DNA of 60,669 bases, counting the filler. It is 3 parts of 3 records of this genome, joined end to end, with 100 filler letters (N's around TTAATTAATTAA, not from the genome) between each part and the next. Parts side by side here need not be neighbours in the genome. Positions count along the whole stretch, not along the records: positions 35,247 to 60,669 come from SRR31156797_5639; 2 more parts are not named here. One strand, given 5' to 3'. Below, one piece after another: positions 57,602-60,669 of this stretch. The position numbers and the translations under genes are program-made. Position 1 is the stretch's first letter. Each line of letters opens with the position of its first letter. The notes below the pieces were generated by a model, which worked only from the letters and a program-made list of their open reading frames with translations, made no database searches and was not told the DNA's origin.

Positions 57602-58477
57602 ATGAGTATAAAAAACAAATCAATATCATTACTTCTGTTAGGAACCATTTTTTGGGGAATGACATTTGTGTTTATTAAGGATGCCGTATCATTAATTAGT
57701 GTTGCTGGCTTTCTTGGCTATCGCTTTTTACTGGCAAGCCTTGTTCTCAGTCTTATTTTTATAAAAAGACTGAGAAAAATTAACTTGGAAACTTTTAAGA
57801 ATGCTTCTCTTTTATCACTTCCACTACTATTTAGTTTTCTGACTCAAACCATCGGGTTGCAATATACCAGTGCATCAAAAGGCGGTTTTATTACTGGCTT
57901 GTCGGTTGTTTTTGTGCCAATTATTATGGCCATAATTCAGAAGAAGTTACCTTCGATTAATATTTTAATAGCTGTTATTTTAGCAACTTCGGGACTAAGT
58001 TTGTTAACATTAGGGAGTAAAATAGATTTTAATATAGGTGATAGCTGGGTGTTTTTATCGGCGATTTTATTTGCCATTTATATAATCATGGTTGGGAAAT
58101 ACAGCAAAAAATGTGATGGTGTTCTATTATCGCTTTTACAATTTTTACTGGTTGGAATTGTATGCATTGTTTATGCGGGAATAAATGGAGATTTGTATGT
58201 GCCAACTCAATATAAACTATGGCAGGCAATTTTGTTTACTGCCTTATTTGCTACAGCATTTATGTATACGATACAAAACTATTATCAGAAATATATATCA
58301 GAGATTACAACTTCCATTATATTTTCATTTGAACCCTTGTTTGCTGCAATTACCGCTTATTTCTACTTAAACGAAGCATTGACTGAGAGAACAATTATAG
58401 GAGGATTATTGATTTTCTGCGGGATTCTGTTTGCAGAGCTAAAATGGAAGGATTTAAAACAGATGGTCATTAAATAA
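57602..58477 (+). CDS. EamA/DMT-family transporter
   Basis: IFWGMTF, YRF, GLQYTSAS..FITGL.VVFVP, IFSFEPLFA; 10 TM. Confidence 0.92.
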   Translation: MSIKNKSISLLLLGTIFWGMTFVFIKDAVSLISVAGFLGYRFLLASLVLSLIFIKRLRKINLETFKNASLLSLPLLFSFLTQTIGLQYTSASKGGFITGLSVVFVPIIMAIIQKKLPSINILIAVILATSGLSLLTLGSKIDFNIGDSWVFLSAILFAIYIIMVGKYSKKCDGVLLSLLQFLLVGIVCIVYAGINGDLYVPTQYKLWQAILFTALFATAFMYTIQNYYQKYISEITTSIIFSFEPLFAAITAYFYLNEALTERTIIGGLLIFCGILFAELKWKDLKQMVIK

Positions 58478-58561
58478 AAAAGTCGGGAACCACCCCGACT
58501 TCTTTCTATTCACTTTATAACCCTATTCTCTTCTATGAAAAAACCACTTTTCTGTTTTGTC
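58474..58561 (-). ncRNA. Candidate ~85-nt sRNA
   Basis: Minus-strand TACATTTG (-7 box, 58567-58574), internal UUUUUUCAU, ends in AAGTCGGG..CCCGACTT + U-run. Boundaries inferred. Confidence 0.45.
58476..58505. terminator. Terminator hairpin after EamA (better U-run on the minus strand)
   Basis: AAGTCGGG-aaccac-CCCGACTT. Confidence 0.75.
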
Positions 58562-58921
58562 TATTACAAATGTAGCTGAGATTGGGGTTAAATGGACTGA
58601 AAAAGTGTTAAAGAAGTTTAAAACTTTAATTATCTTGCTTTTTTAGATTAATTCAAGATAGATTTTAGTGCTAAATTCAATGATTTCAATCGAATGTTCA
58701 TAGTGAAATCACATTTTAAAATCAATTGACAAGATTCTTATTGTATTTAAATAGTTTATTTCAAAAATTGCATTTGTGATTGATTTATGAAATGATTGAA
58801 TATTATTTAGTTGAATTTGTACTCTTTTGAAAATTGACAATTCTAATAAAATATCGGTTTACATTTTAATAATCGACAGGAATAGTTTGTTACATTTGTT
58901 TTAATAATAAAAATATTAGAA

Positions 58922-60669
58922 TTGGACGTATCTCTTGTAACACAAAAATCTTTATGGTGGTTATTGCCTATAATATTAGTTTCCTTAGGACTTGTATATT
59001 GGCAGTATTTTCACAAAAATAAATATCATAATAACTTGTCTCGATTGCAAGTTTTAATGCTGTCAGGTCTTAGGTTTACAGCCTATTTTTTAATCTTATC
59101 TCTTCTTTTAGAACCACGGGTAAAATACAATAAAAGAGTAGAGAATAAACCTATTCTAATTTTCGCTCAGGATAATTCTTCATCCATACGTTTTTCTAAA
59201 GATTCCTCTTATTATTTAAATCAGTATCCTAATGAAATCACAACTTTTTTAAAGGATGTAGAAGGGAAATACAAAATCAATAAATTCACATTTGGCGAAA
59301 ATGTAAAAAACCTGGATACTTTTCAGTTCGAAGATTCGCAAACAGACTTTTCAGAATTCTTGACTTTTTTAAAAGATAATTATGGTGCAAATGAGAACAT
59401 TCAGGTTCTTCTAGCTAGTGATGGATTGTACAATACCGGAAAGAGTCCAGCTTATGAGGTAAATAAACTAGGAATTCCTATACATACAATACAATTGGGT
59501 GATACAAATGCAATAAGTGATGTCTCTATCTATTCTGTAAAATCGAATAAAATTGCATTTACAAATAATAAAATGCCGGTTAGAGTTGGTATTAAAGCAA
59601 ATAATATCACTCCTGGTAATTTTAAAATTGAGATTAAAAGAGAAAATAAAGTATTAATCCAGGATGAAATCAGTTCTGAAAAAACATCATTTTATATTGA
59701 AAAGGATTATTTCATACAAGCAGATCAAAAAGGAATTCAACGATTTGTGGTTAATGTAGTAAGTGATTCCGAAGAGTATACTTTAAAGAATAACTCAAGC
59801 GAATTTGTTGTAGAAGTATTGGAAAGTAAAAGAAAAATAGCAATTTGTTTTGATCAATATCATCCTGATCTTGCGGCTATAAAATCGGCTTTGGATGAAA
59901 ACAAAAACTTCAAATCAGAATTAATAGATGTATCGGAGAAAAATGTTGATTTAAAAAATGTGAATTTGTGCGTGATGTATCAGATTCCATCTATAGAGAA
60001 TTCTTATGCTGCTTTATTTCAAAGAGTGCTTCAGCAAAAAATTCCTTTGTTGATGATTATTGGAGGAAGTTCAGGCTTAGCAGAATTAAATAAATTGGAA
60101 TTAGGTGTAAACTTTCCCCAAAATAGTGACTTGGTTCAGAATGCAGTTTATGATGGAAATAAGTTATTTAGTTTGTTTCAATCTGATATTTCTAAGGATA
60201 ATATTTTTGAAAAATTGCCGCCACTTCAAGCTCCATTTGGAATGGTAAATTTTAATGTGGAAAATCAAGTTTTGGCAAATCAGAAAGTGAAAGGAATTAG
60301 TACTAACTATCCTTTAATTTCTTTTAGTTCTATCTACGATCAAAAAATTGCCTGGATTTTTGGAGAGGGAATGTGGCGATGGAAATTACATGAATTTCAA
60401 ATGTATGATTCGAATGATACATTTAACGAACTTTTTAATAGAATTACTCAATATCAGGCTCTTAAAGTGAATAAAGATCAATTGATTTTGAATCATGCTA
60501 AAGATTTTATTAAAGGCGATGTGATTAAAATTGATGCGGAATTGTATAATAAAAGTTATCAGGTTACGAACAAACCGGATTTAAATATTGTTTTAACAGA
60601 TAGCAAAGGGAAAAATTACAATTATAATTTTAACAAAGATGATCTTGCTTATTCTTTATCTTTAAATTT
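58922..60669 (+). CDS. Membrane-anchored VWA-like domain protein (runs off the window end)
   Basis: Not in the ORF track. TTG start: LDVSLVTQKSLWWLLP..GLRF..LLLEP..FAQDNSSSI..LASDGLYN..HPDLAAIK..GEGMWRW; TACATTTG promoter box at 58891-58898. Confidence 0.8.
   Translation, partial: MDVSLVTQKSLWWLLPIILVSLGLVYWQYFHKNKYHNNLSRLQVLMLSGLRFTAYFLILSLLLEPRVKYNKRVENKPILIFAQDNSSSIRFSKDSSYYLNQYPNEITTFLKDVEGKYKINKFTFGENVKNLDTFQFEDSQTDFSEFLTFLKDNYGANENIQVLLASDGLYNTGKSPAYEVNKLGIPIHTIQLGDTNAISDVSIYSVKSNKIAFTNNKMPVRVGIKANNITPGNFKIEIKRENKVLIQDEISSEKTSFYIEKDYFIQADQKGIQRFVVNVVSDSEEYTLKNNSSEFVVEVLESKRKIAICFDQYHPDLAAIKSALDENKNFKSELIDVSEKNVDLKNVNLCVMYQIPSIENSYAALFQRVLQQKIPLLMIIGGSSGLAELNKLELGVNFPQNSDLVQNAVYDGNKLFSLFQSDISKDNIFEKLPPLQAPFGMVNFNVENQVLANQKVKGISTNYPLISFSSIYDQKIAWIFGEGMWRWKLHEFQMYDSNDTFNELFNRITQYQALKVNKDQLILNHAKDFIKGDVIKIDAELYNKSYQVTNKPDLNIVLTDSKGKNYNYNFNKDDLAYSLSLN

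Noticed and set aside
58535-58579. Plus-strand 14-aa ORF MKKPLFCFVYYKCS
   Set aside because: Very short, directly after a terminator with no visible promoter; the minus-strand sRNA reading fits better.

Overview
The window is three contigs joined by two artificial 100-bp spacers (N44-TTAATTAATTAA-N44 at 27003-27102 and 35147-35246). Contigs 1 (1-27002) and 3 (35247-60669) look like a marine Bacteroidota: TAnnTTTG promoters, AT-rich starts without Shine-Dalgarno, DUF3857/DUF5777 genes (Marinifilaceae-like is my inference). Contig 2 (27103-35146) looks like Campylobacterota (Arcobacter-like). Contig 1 carries hisGDCBHA with a His5 leader-peptide attenuator and the divergent glnK-amtB. Between them lie six CCCC-W9-GGGG-type boxes phased about 52 bp apart. 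It also has a hybrid sensor kinase, a putative exopolysaccharide operon (TPR/YaiO barrel split by one in-frame TGA, CotH kinase, HEAT protein, GT2), two DUF3857 transglutaminase-like genes, a four-helix-bundle (IVP/bAvd-like) gene bracketed by inverted 8-bp tandem arrays, a His-less pseudo-kinase and an uncalled 45-aa gene. Contig 2 is a TeaC/TeaD-like TRAP uptake plus catabolic cluster, probably for ectoine-type solutes. Contig 3 has a large Gly-rich surface protein, a metal-uptake triad, dapA, transporters and a candidate sRNA. It also holds the best candidate for an undescribed system: a cytochrome cluster beside a Crp/Fnr regulator (cytochrome b, heptaheme c, monoheme c, DUF5777 barrel, monoheme lipoprotein, collagen-stalked hexaheme lipoprotein) that could form a trans-envelope electron conduit. 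I saw no rRNA, tRNA, CRISPR array or transposase. All family calls come from motif recognition, not database searches.
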